A stretch of DNA of 64,000 nucleotides from Thiotrichales bacterium. GTDB taxonomy: Bacteria; Pseudomonadota; Gammaproteobacteria; Francisellales; CACEW01. The stretch covers positions 169 through 64,168 of the forward strand of contig CANJUQ010000009.1 of the NCBI GenBank assembly GCA_947478175.1, read 5' to 3'. The notes under the pieces are model-generated. The model made no database searches and was not told the origin of the DNA. It saw only the letters and a list, made by a program, of their open reading frames with translations. Positions 1 to 7,663 of this stretch are shown one piece after another; position 1 is the stretch's first letter, and each line of letters starts with the position of its first letter. Both the position numbers and the translations under genes were made by a program.

Positions 1-45
1 GTCCACTATAATTGAAGATTGGATACAGTAATAACCGATCTCCTT

Positions 46-297
46 TTATCTTCTCGCCAACGTCGAATGATGCATGACCCAATAAGCTACGCCCACAAAA
101 ACACCGCCAATTAAAGTGGCGAGCACCCAAGCAAAGCCGGGGACAAGTTGGGTGGGAATATTAGATTTATGAAAATGCCCAGCGTCTTTGGCCACGCCGA
201 CGGCGAAGATCAAATGGACCAGGATATTAACAATTAAAATGAGCATCATGATGTGGCTGATTGAGCCAGAAAATTGGCTGAAAAAACTATCGTCCAT
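46..297 (-). CDS. hypothetical small membrane protein
   Basis: 83-aa ORF with two long hydrophobic segments (IMMLILIVNILVHLIFAVGV and FAWVLATLIGGVFVGVAYWV). No family recognised. Confidence 0.45.
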   Translation of the reverse strand: MDDSFFSQFSGSISHIMMLILIVNILVHLIFAVGVAKDAGHFHKSNIPTQLVPGFAWVLATLIGGVFVGVAYWVMHHSTLARR

Positions 298-331
298 GTT
301 AACAATTTACCTTTTTGTTTGTTTTTGATTA

Positions 332-1729
332 TTAAAAACTAGCGAGGCCAGGGGCTCTAGGAAACGGACTGATATCGCGAATATTCGACACGCCGCTTAA
401 ATAACTAACTAGGCGCTCAAATCCCAGGCCAAAGCCTGCATGAGGCACAGAGCCGTAACGACGCAAATCTCGATACCATCCGTAGTCTTCAGGTCTCATG
501 CCTGCTTCGATAATTCTTGAATCTAAAATATCTAAACGATCTTCCCGTTGAGAGCCACCAATGATTTCGCCAACGCCAGGCGCTAAGACATCCATGGCAG
601 CGACGGTTTTATTGTCTGAATTTAAGCGCATATAGAATGCTTTAATTTCTTTGGGATAATTTTTAACAATGACAGGCGATTTTGCATATTCTTCGCAGAG
701 AAATCTTTCATGTTCTGACTGTAAATCTAAGCCCCAGCTGACAGGGTATTCAAAAGTTTTTTTAGATTTTTGAAGAATATTCACAGCCTCGGTGTAATCC
801 ATATGAATAAAATTAGCTTCAGCGACTTGCTCTAAACGGGAGCGGCAAGTTTTATCGATCCATTGAGTGAAAAAATCAATGTCATCTTGGCGTTCGTTTA
901 AAATAGTTTTGATCACAAATTTCAGCATGCCTTCAGCGAGCTTTGCATCTTGTTCTAAATCAGCAAAAGCGATCTCAGGTTCGACCATCCAGAACTCAGC
1001 TAGATGTCTAGAAGTATGAGAATTCTCAGCTCTGAAGGTTGGGCCGAATGTATAGATTCTAGACATGGCTGATGCATAACATTCACCATTGAGCTGGCCA
1101 GAGACGGTTAGATAAGCCTCTTTTCCAAAGAAATCTTTGGAGAAATCAATTTTGCCATTGGGAGTTTTAGGGAGATTTAAAAGATCAAGTGTTGAGACTC
1201 TGAATAATTCTCCAGCGCCTTCGCAATCACTGGTTGTGATAAGGGGTGTGTTCACCCAAATAAAACCGTTTTCATGAAAATATCGGTGAATTGCAAACGC
1301 GGTTGCATCCCGAAGTCGGGCGACGGCGCCCATGACGTTTGTTCGGGGACGGAGGTGGGCATAGTCTCTCAAATGCTCCATGGTGTGGCGTTTTGGGGAA
1401 ATAGGATAAGTTTCTGGATCGTCGATCCAGCCTAAAACTTGAACAGATTCTGCTTGTAATTCGACCGCTTGGCCTTCGCCCTGAGACTGGACTAATTTTC
1501 CTGTGACAGAGACAGAACAGTCTTTGGTTAGTTTTAAAATCTCTGAGTGATAGTTAAATAAATTTTCGGGAATCACGGCTTGAAGTGAATCAAAACAAGA
1601 ACCGTCATTCAGGGCTAAGAAAGAAATCCCCGCTTTAGAATCTCGACGGGAACGAACCCAGCCGTTCGCAGTCACTTGGGTGCCGACAGGGATTTTTCCC
1701 GATAAAAAAGTTTTGATGGAATCATGCAT
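332..1729 (-). CDS. asnS: asparagine--tRNA ligase
   Basis: 465-aa ORF with an N-terminal OB-fold region and a class IIb synthetase core. Motifs [21 protein letters not shown] and GFGLGFERL are typical of AsnRS. Confidence 0.9.
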   Translation of the reverse strand: MHDSIKTFLSGKIPVGTQVTANGWVRSRRDSKAGISFLALNDGSCFDSLQAVIPENLFNYHSEILKLTKDCSVSVTGKLVQSQGEGQAVELQAESVQVLGWIDDPETYPISPKRHTMEHLRDYAHLRPRTNVMGAVARLRDATAFAIHRYFHENGFIWVNTPLITTSDCEGAGELFRVSTLDLLNLPKTPNGKIDFSKDFFGKEAYLTVSGQLNGECYASAMSRIYTFGPTFRAENSHTSRHLAEFWMVEPEIAFADLEQDAKLAEGMLKFVIKTILNERQDDIDFFTQWIDKTCRSRLEQVAEANFIHMDYTEAVNILQKSKKTFEYPVSWGLDLQSEHERFLCEEYAKSPVIVKNYPKEIKAFYMRLNSDNKTVAAMDVLAPGVGEIIGGSQREDRLDILDSRIIEAGMRPEDYGWYRDLRRYGSVPHAGFGLGFERLVSYLSGVSNIRDISPFPRAPGLASF

Positions 1730-1862
1730 GGAAGGGTTCTCCTGAGATTGATTCTGTAGGGGTAAGATTAAAAATTATTAAAAATAAAGGCGCGCAAAAT
1801 ATCATAATTTTTCTGCAATAATCAGCCCCCTATTAAACCAGTCAACACTGCCGGATAAAAAA

Positions 1863-2306
1863 ATGGAAAAAATAGGAAAAAAGGGCTCTATTTGGAAAAC
1901 ACCGATTAGCTTAGAAATGATTTCTAAACGGGGAGAAAATACGCTTATGACCCATTTGGGCATCGAATTTACGGATATTGGCGAAGATTATTTAATTGCT
2001 CGAATGCCTGTAGACCATAGGACTTGTCAGCCATTGGGGATCATGCATGGTGGGGCGTCTTGTGTATTGGCTGAGACCGTCGGGTCTTTTGCAGGCAATT
2101 TTGCTGTGGATCAAAATACCCATTATTGCGTCGGCCTAGATATTAATACCAACCATATTCGCAGCATCCAAGAGGGCTATGTTTATGGGACGGCTAAGCC
2201 CTATCACTTAGGCCGAAGTACGCAAGTTTGGAGTATCGAAATTAGGGATAAAGAAAACAGATTGATTTCTATTAATAGGCTCACTCTATCGGTGCTTGCC
2301 AGATGA
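1863..2306 (+). CDS. hotdog-fold acyl-CoA thioesterase (PaaI/YbdB-like)
   Basis: 147 aa with the GIMHGGASCVLAETVGS signature and the size typical of PaaI-family thioesterases. Confidence 0.7.
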   Translation: MEKIGKKGSIWKTPISLEMISKRGENTLMTHLGIEFTDIGEDYLIARMPVDHRTCQPLGIMHGGASCVLAETVGSFAGNFAVDQNTHYCVGLDINTNHIRSIQEGYVYGTAKPYHLGRSTQVWSIEIRDKENRLISINRLTLSVLAR

Positions 2307-3127
2307 GCCCAGAAATTAATCTAGAAATTTTGCAGCCCCAAGTGGCCGGGATTTTTTATCCAGCTTCTCGAGAGAATTTATTAGAATTATTAAATAATTT
2401 TTTTGAAAATTGTCAGCTAGATAAAAAAAATTTTAATAAAAACCCAAAGGCCATTATTGCGCCCCATGGAGGATATTTGTTTTCCGGCAGTATCGCTGCT
2501 GAAGCGTTTTCAATACTTAAAGAAAATAAAAAGATCGATCAAGTGATTTTATTAGCGCCCGCTCACCAATTAGCTTTTATGGGCATTGCGACGCACCAAG
2601 CTAATTTTTTTTCAACGCCGTTGGGGGAAATTAAATTAAATAAAAATTTGATTGAGCGGGCGTTTAATATCCCAGAAGTATCTTATTTAGATTTAGCTTT
2701 TTTGAATGAGCACACGGTCGAAGTTATTTTGCCTTTTTTGCAGTTTACTTTAGGGGAAAACTTTACGTTGGCGCCATTTATTATTGGCCAATGTCTAACC
2801 CAGGGTGTTCTAGATTTATTAAATAATTTAATTTTAAACCCAGAAGAATCAGAAAAGACTTTGATCGTCGTTAGCTCTGATTTATCCCACTATCAGCCTT
2901 ATAGTATTGCGAAAGAATTAGACCAGCTGACTCAAGAGCAAATTACGAGACTTCAGTGGGATGGTTTGACCCAAGATGATGCTTGTGGAGATGTTGCGCT
3001 GAAAGCTTTGTTGCAATTAGCCGATCAGGAAAATTGGCGAGGGGAGTGCAAAGTCTTAAAAAACTCGGGAGATACCGTGGGTGAAAAAGACAAAGTAGTG
3101 GGCTACGGGGCGTTTAATTTTTTTTAA
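2303..3127 (+). CDS. MEMO1-like protein (AmmeMemoRadiSam system protein B family)
   Basis: 274 aa. The start overlaps the upstream stop (ATGA). Motifs AIIAPHGGYLFSG, NEHTVEV and SSDLSHY are typical of the Memo/COG1355 family. Confidence 0.7.
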   Translation: MSPEINLEILQPQVAGIFYPASRENLLELLNNFFENCQLDKKNFNKNPKAIIAPHGGYLFSGSIAAEAFSILKENKKIDQVILLAPAHQLAFMGIATHQANFFSTPLGEIKLNKNLIERAFNIPEVSYLDLAFLNEHTVEVILPFLQFTLGENFTLAPFIIGQCLTQGVLDLLNNLILNPEESEKTLIVVSSDLSHYQPYSIAKELDQLTQEQITRLQWDGLTQDDACGDVALKALLQLADQENWRGECKVLKNSGDTVGEKDKVVGYGAFNFF

Positions 3128-3136
3128 ATAAAAAAA

Positions 3137-3184
3137 GCCCCAGTAAATTAAATCCCATAGGAGGTGGGTTTAATGCACTGGGGC
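3137..3184 (-). terminator. long imperfect hairpin followed by a U-run on the minus strand; possibly bidirectional
   Basis: GCCCCAGT...ACTGGGGC arms (3137-3144 / 3177-3184) pair through most of the 48 nt. An A7 run at 3130-3136 gives U7 after the hairpin on the minus strand. It lies directly after the Memo-like gene stop. Confidence 0.4.
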
Positions 3185-3483
3185 CTAAAATTGAAGAAGG
3201 TTTAACGCTAGTTTTCACTAGCCACCCCTTCAAGGAGTGAGTCGAAATCAAATGGCTCATATCCCCAAAATTGATTTCAGGTGTATGGGAACATAGAAAA
3301 ACCCATGAAAAAATTAATGAATTAATAAGGGAATTTAGCCGCAGAAATTTACCTGTGAATTTGACGGGTTTTTTTTGATTAATAAATTTAATTTAGATTA
3401 AATATTTTTTTATTTTTATTGGAAATTTTGTGACGAGCTTGTTTTAATTTCAAAATTTAATAAAGATAATTTTTATTTAATTT

Positions 3484-3951
3484 ATGGTATTTTTCATGAA
3501 AGCAATAAAAGCAAAAAATTATTTTTCAGGGTTTATTTCAGGGTTTAGTTTAATAGAAATCATGGTGGTCATCGCAATCATGGGTGTGATGGCTGCAATT
3601 GCAATGCCTACTTATCAAGATTATGTCGATCGAGCCAAGATCTCTGAAGGATTTAGTTTGGCGGCGCCTGTTCAATTAGCTGTGATGCAATATGCCATCG
3701 AGCATGGAAGTTTATTAGGGGCCGATTCCAATCAAGCTGTAGGAATTTCTGGAGAAATCAAAGGTTCTTACGTTGAGAATATGGCAGTTAGCAATCAGGG
3801 CTTAATCACTATTTTTTATTCACAGCCCAAGGGAACTTTAGAACTCAGTCCTGATTATCAGTCCGGTCAGATTCACTGGAGCTGCCAGGGTGGGTCGTTG
3901 CCCATGGAACTTCGCCCCAGTCGTTGTCGTCAAGTTGGGGGCAATTCATGA
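3484..3951 (+). CDS. type IV pilin (PilA/PilE family)
   Basis: Prepilin cleavage context G|FSLIEIMVVIAIMGVMAAIAMPTYQDY with Glu at +5. A C-terminal Cys pair (WSCQGG...SRC) fits the D-region disulfide. The alternative start is ATG 3496, and the leader is unusually long with either start. Confidence 0.85.
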   Translation: MVFFMKAIKAKNYFSGFISGFSLIEIMVVIAIMGVMAAIAMPTYQDYVDRAKISEGFSLAAPVQLAVMQYAIEHGSLLGADSNQAVGISGEIKGSYVENMAVSNQGLITIFYSQPKGTLELSPDYQSGQIHWSCQGGSLPMELRPSRCRQVGGNS

Positions 3952-5165
3952 GTGGTTATTTAGATCAAGAATCAGGACAAGAAGAATCCTCGGCGATTGA
4001 ATTATTAGAACAAATGATCCAAGAGGCCATGAAAGTCCAAGGGTCTGATATTCACTTAGAGCCATTAGATTCAAACAATACCCGTATCAGAATTCGACGA
4101 GATGGTTTTTTATACACGGCTATGAATTTAGATTTTTTAATCGGTCAGCGAGTAATTTCCCGCCTAAAAGTCTTGTCTGGATTGAACATTGCCGAAAAAA
4201 GATTGCCTCAAGATGGAAGGTTTTCAGTCCAGTTAGAAGGCCAGCCGTCGGTGGATATGCGGGTGAGTACTTGTCCCGTGAGATTGGGTGAAAAAGTAGT
4301 TTTGAGATTACAAAATACACGGGAGACTTGTTTGGAATTATTTGAACTGGGTTTTGAACAAGAAAGTTTAAATTTATTACATTCAGCTTTGTCAAAATCT
4401 CAGGGCATGATTTTAGTCACAGGACCCACGGGCAGTGGCAAGACGTTGACTTTGTATAGCGCCTTACAGCAATTAAATATTATTAGTAAAAATATCTGCA
4501 CGGTTGAAGATCCCATAGAAATGCCCCTCAAGGGGGTGATGCAAGTTCAAATTCAGCCCAAAATTAATTTGAATTTTGCGACGGTTCTAAGTGCTTTTTT
4601 GCGACAAGATCCAGACATTATTATGGTTGGGGAAATTCGAGATATAGAAACAGCAGAGATTGGCATTAAAGCAGCGCAGACGGGGCATTTAGTTTTATCT
4701 ACTTTGCATACCAATAATGCTTTAGAGACTTTGACGAGATTATCCGGCATGGGGATTCCGCGATATGCCATTGCGAGCTCAGTGAGTTTGGTCATTGCGC
4801 AAAGATTAGTCCGGAGGCTCTGTGTAGATTGCAAGCAAATTGAGAGCGATAAATTTATTCATGAATTGGTTTGTGATCGTTTGAAATCTTTAGGGGTTTC
4901 TCCAGAAAAATTATCCCAGGCAAAATTATTTAAATCTAATCCAATGGGCTGCAATCAGTGTCATCAGGGATTTCGAGGTAGAACTGGCTGTTTTGAAGTG
5001 ATTCCCATCACAGAAGATTTAAAAAATTTGATTTTGCAGGGTGCAAATATTTTAGAAATGCAGGCTTACTGTGAAAAACAAAATTATTGGAATCTATGGA
5101 ATGCCGGGGTATCCAAAATATTAAACGGTGAGACGACATTAGAAGAAATAGCTGGGGTAATTTAG
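3948..5165 (+). CDS. pilB: type IV pilus assembly ATPase (GspE/PilB family), short form
   Basis: Walker A GPTGSGKT, Walker B/His box region and tetracysteine CVDC...CNQC are present. ATG 3948 overlaps the pilin stop (ATGA), so it is preferred over the track start 3924. Confidence 0.85.
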   Translation: MSGYLDQESGQEESSAIELLEQMIQEAMKVQGSDIHLEPLDSNNTRIRIRRDGFLYTAMNLDFLIGQRVISRLKVLSGLNIAEKRLPQDGRFSVQLEGQPSVDMRVSTCPVRLGEKVVLRLQNTRETCLELFELGFEQESLNLLHSALSKSQGMILVTGPTGSGKTLTLYSALQQLNIISKNICTVEDPIEMPLKGVMQVQIQPKINLNFATVLSAFLRQDPDIIMVGEIRDIETAEIGIKAAQTGHLVLSTLHTNNALETLTRLSGMGIPRYAIASSVSLVIAQRLVRRLCVDCKQIESDKFIHELVCDRLKSLGVSPEKLSQAKLFKSNPMGCNQCHQGFRGRTGCFEVIPITEDLKNLILQGANILEMQAYCEKQNYWNLWNAGVSKILNGETTLEEIAGVI

Positions 5166-5179
5166 GGGCGATTTAAAAA

Positions 5180-6406
5180 ATGATCTTTGAATACCAGGCC
5201 TGGAATTCTGATGGGGTTTTAATTTCTGGATCCTGTGAGGGGATTAACTTAGAAGAAGCCCGCTGGGGATTAATCAAACAAGAGCTCTGTATTAAATTTA
5301 TTTTCCAAGAAAGTTTTTTTAAAAGTTTTTATAAAAAAATTTTTAAAATCATAAAAAATAATTTTAAGAAAAAATTAAGTTTTAAAGCCATTACAGAATT
5401 TTTAAATAATTTAACTTGGATGCAAAAATCAGGGATTCCCTTGGCGCAGGCGTTGTTTTTAATAGAACAGGCGAGTGATTTAAAAACTTTAAAAATTATT
5501 TTGGGGCAAATTAAAAGCCAGATTGAATCTGGGGAAAATTTAAATTCAGCGCTGAGAAAATTCCCCAAATATTTTGATTTAATTTTGATTGAATGGATCA
5601 CGGTTGGAGAAAATACAGGGAATTTAGAAAGCAGTTTGTCTGAAGTAGTGAATTGGAGAGAGAAAAAATTAGTCATGCAGCAAAAATTACAAAAAGCGCT
5701 GACTTACCCAATGATTGTTTTAATGGTGTCTGGTTTGGTTTTATGGATTTTGATGGTCTGGGCGGTTCCCAGTTTTGAAAAAATGTTTTTGAGTTTTCAT
5801 GCCGTATTACCTGGATTAACCCAAGGAGTGATTGGTTTTTCAAGATTCTTGTGTGAATGGGGTTTTGGAGTTTTCTCGGGATTAGGGAGTATGGGATTAG
5901 GGCTGTTTTTTATTTTTAAGAAATTTTTATTTTTTAAAAAATTAAAAGACCAATGGGTTTTAAAACTGCCGGGGATTAAAAATTTTTCTTATCACGCAGT
6001 CATGTTTAAAGTTTTGGGCGTGTTAGCGATTTCATCAAGAGCGGGCGTGCCGTTATTTGAATCCATGAAATCAGCGATTGCGGTGAGTCAAAATAAAATG
6101 ATTCAAGAAGCCTTAGAACAAGCAAAAATTAAATTATGGGAAGGCTGGTCTTTAAGTCAGGCCTTGGAGCAATCGAATTATTTTTATCCAGACATGATTG
6201 AATTATTACGCCTGAGTGAAGCATCAGGGTGCCAAGAAAAAATGCTTCAAAGATTGGCAGATCTCAGTGAAGCCATTTTATCCAGGCGAATAGACCAATT
6301 ATTAACGCTATTAGAGCCCGCTTTGATGTTAATCATTGGAGGATTAGTTGGCATCGTTGTTTTGGCGATGTACGCGCCAATTTTTCAGATGGGGTCGGTA
6401 ATTTAA
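5180..6406 (+). CDS. pilC: type IV pilus inner-membrane platform protein (GspF/PilC family)
   Basis: 408 aa with two GspF-type repeats and three hydrophobic segments. It lies immediately downstream of pilB. Confidence 0.85.
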   Translation: MIFEYQAWNSDGVLISGSCEGINLEEARWGLIKQELCIKFIFQESFFKSFYKKIFKIIKNNFKKKLSFKAITEFLNNLTWMQKSGIPLAQALFLIEQASDLKTLKIILGQIKSQIESGENLNSALRKFPKYFDLILIEWITVGENTGNLESSLSEVVNWREKKLVMQQKLQKALTYPMIVLMVSGLVLWILMVWAVPSFEKMFLSFHAVLPGLTQGVIGFSRFLCEWGFGVFSGLGSMGLGLFFIFKKFLFFKKLKDQWVLKLPGIKNFSYHAVMFKVLGVLAISSRAGVPLFESMKSAIAVSQNKMIQEALEQAKIKLWEGWSLSQALEQSNYFYPDMIELLRLSEASGCQEKMLQRLADLSEAILSRRIDQLLTLLEPALMLIIGGLVGIVVLAMYAPIFQMGSVI

Positions 6407-6497
6407 ATTCTTTAATATTTAGTTAATGGTTGGAATTTATTATGGCAGGTGATTTTTTATAAAAACAAAACCATAAAGTTAAAAAGGATAATTGATT

Positions 6498-7274
6498 ATG
6501 TCAGGAGGAGGAGTGCCACCCAAGTTAGATTTTACTGCTTCAGCTGTACCAGTTGCGTTAAACGTAGCAACGCGGCCAGGGAGGAGGAGGGTAAGTTTGG
6601 CAGAATCATCAGCTCCTAACTGGGGAGTATTCTCGCTACCACCAAAACCAGCCTCGTCATGTGTACAACCTGCTACTTCGTTAGCGGCGTCAGGAGCACC
6701 ACTGCGACTAACAGAGATACAAGGAGCTGCAGAAGGGAAGGATTTGAGAGCTGAGCTATATGTTCCCCTTTGGGAGTTTATTCATACCAAAAAATTTCCC
6801 GAAGCTTATGTAATAATGCCACCATCAGAAGCAGCAGTAGAAAAGGCACCCGATTGTGAAAAAATGACACGCAATATGGTCAATAGTTATAGAAGGGCAA
6901 AAATCGCTGAGATAAAAGGCGCTGCTCCATCGGTATCCGAGGAATTGCCTGTCACGACTGAGCTAACTCAAGTGAGTACCGGTAAAACTTTAAGTTTTAA
7001 TAATTTTGTCGAAGTGCTGCTGATTTCTTTATGTCCAAAAGCGCAGTTCAAAATCCGCAGTGAAATTTTCTTGAAGCCAGACACTAGCGCTGTTTCTTTA
7101 GAAGAACCTGACATGACGGGCCACGCATATTCGGTTAAAAATTCGTTTGTTATACGCTGCGATTCCGTCCTTTTAGAACAGAAAATAAAAGAACACGTAG
7201 TTTGGAAAACAGGGCTTCTGAGTTCCGAACTTTTTCCAACTTACCTGCCTGATAAATCTCCTTATCGTCACTGA
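6498..7274 (+). CDS. orphan hypothetical protein with Pro/Ser/Ala-rich N-terminus
   Basis: A 258-aa ORF is obtained if ATG 6498 is used (AAGGA lies 9-14 nt upstream; the track start is TTG 6492). No competing ORF occurs on any frame. It is visibly more G+C-rich than the flanking pil genes. No family recognised. Confidence 0.5.
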   Translation: MSGGGVPPKLDFTASAVPVALNVATRPGRRRVSLAESSAPNWGVFSLPPKPASSCVQPATSLAASGAPLRLTEIQGAAEGKDLRAELYVPLWEFIHTKKFPEAYVIMPPSEAAVEKAPDCEKMTRNMVNSYRRAKIAEIKGAAPSVSEELPVTTELTQVSTGKTLSFNNFVEVLLISLCPKAQFKIRSEIFLKPDTSAVSLEEPDMTGHAYSVKNSFVIRCDSVLLEQKIKEHVVWKTGLLSSELFPTYLPDKSPYRH

Positions 7275-7300
7275 AACCCTGGATTCATCCAAAAAATAGG

Positions 7301-7610
7301 ACGGGACGAATACAAGGTTCAATGGCACTACCTTAAGGAATTTCTGACCTTAAAAGGCCTTTCTAATAGGGAAGGTGGAGGGGCGAACTTCATGTTCGTC
7401 CCGTCGCATTTCTTGGGTCAATCCACAGGGAATAAACCGACGAACCCCTTACGAACATTAGTCTGATTACCGCGTTTTTAAGGATTGTTTTACCAAGCAG
7501 CACTCGGGACGAACATGCAGTTCGCCCCTCCACCATCATTCTTGGAAATGGCAATCCAAAGCTCAAATTCCTTAAGGTAGTGCCATTGAACACGAGGTTC
7601 GCCCCTCCAT
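7301..7610. repeat. composite nested palindrome built from four REP-like units
   Basis: A perfect 27-nt inverted repeat lies at 7318-7344 / 7566-7592. A 30-nt inverted repeat with one mismatch lies at 7375-7404 / 7506-7535. A central 5+5 inverted repeat lies at 7413-7425 / 7483-7498. Each arm contains GG(G/A)CGAA(C/T)-N5-GTTC hairpin units. Confidence 0.8.
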
Positions 7611-7663
7611 GCCTTTAAGAGAGGCCTACCAATGAGATTTCCCCCTTAAAGCAGAGCCATCGG

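Noticed and set aside
3128-3483. I considered 6S RNA or a sigma54 pilin promoter in the pre-pilin gap.
   Set aside because: There is no convincing similarity to E. coli 6S RNA, and no TGGCAC-N5-TTGC element was found. Only a generic sRNA candidate is reported.
4120-5676. Antisense ORFs of 91, 93 and 115 aa lie within pilB and pilC.
   Set aside because: They are shadow ORFs opposite well-supported genes. The same reasoning applies to the antisense or alternative-frame ORFs listed inside sufB, the RND genes, ygfB, the cyo genes, parC, ribD, eno, nlpD, gltX and others.
7390-7593. A 67-aa minus-strand ORF lies inside the nested palindrome.
   Set aside because: It is composed of repeat arms read as protein. 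It has no RBS, and the symmetry of the palindrome explains the open frame.
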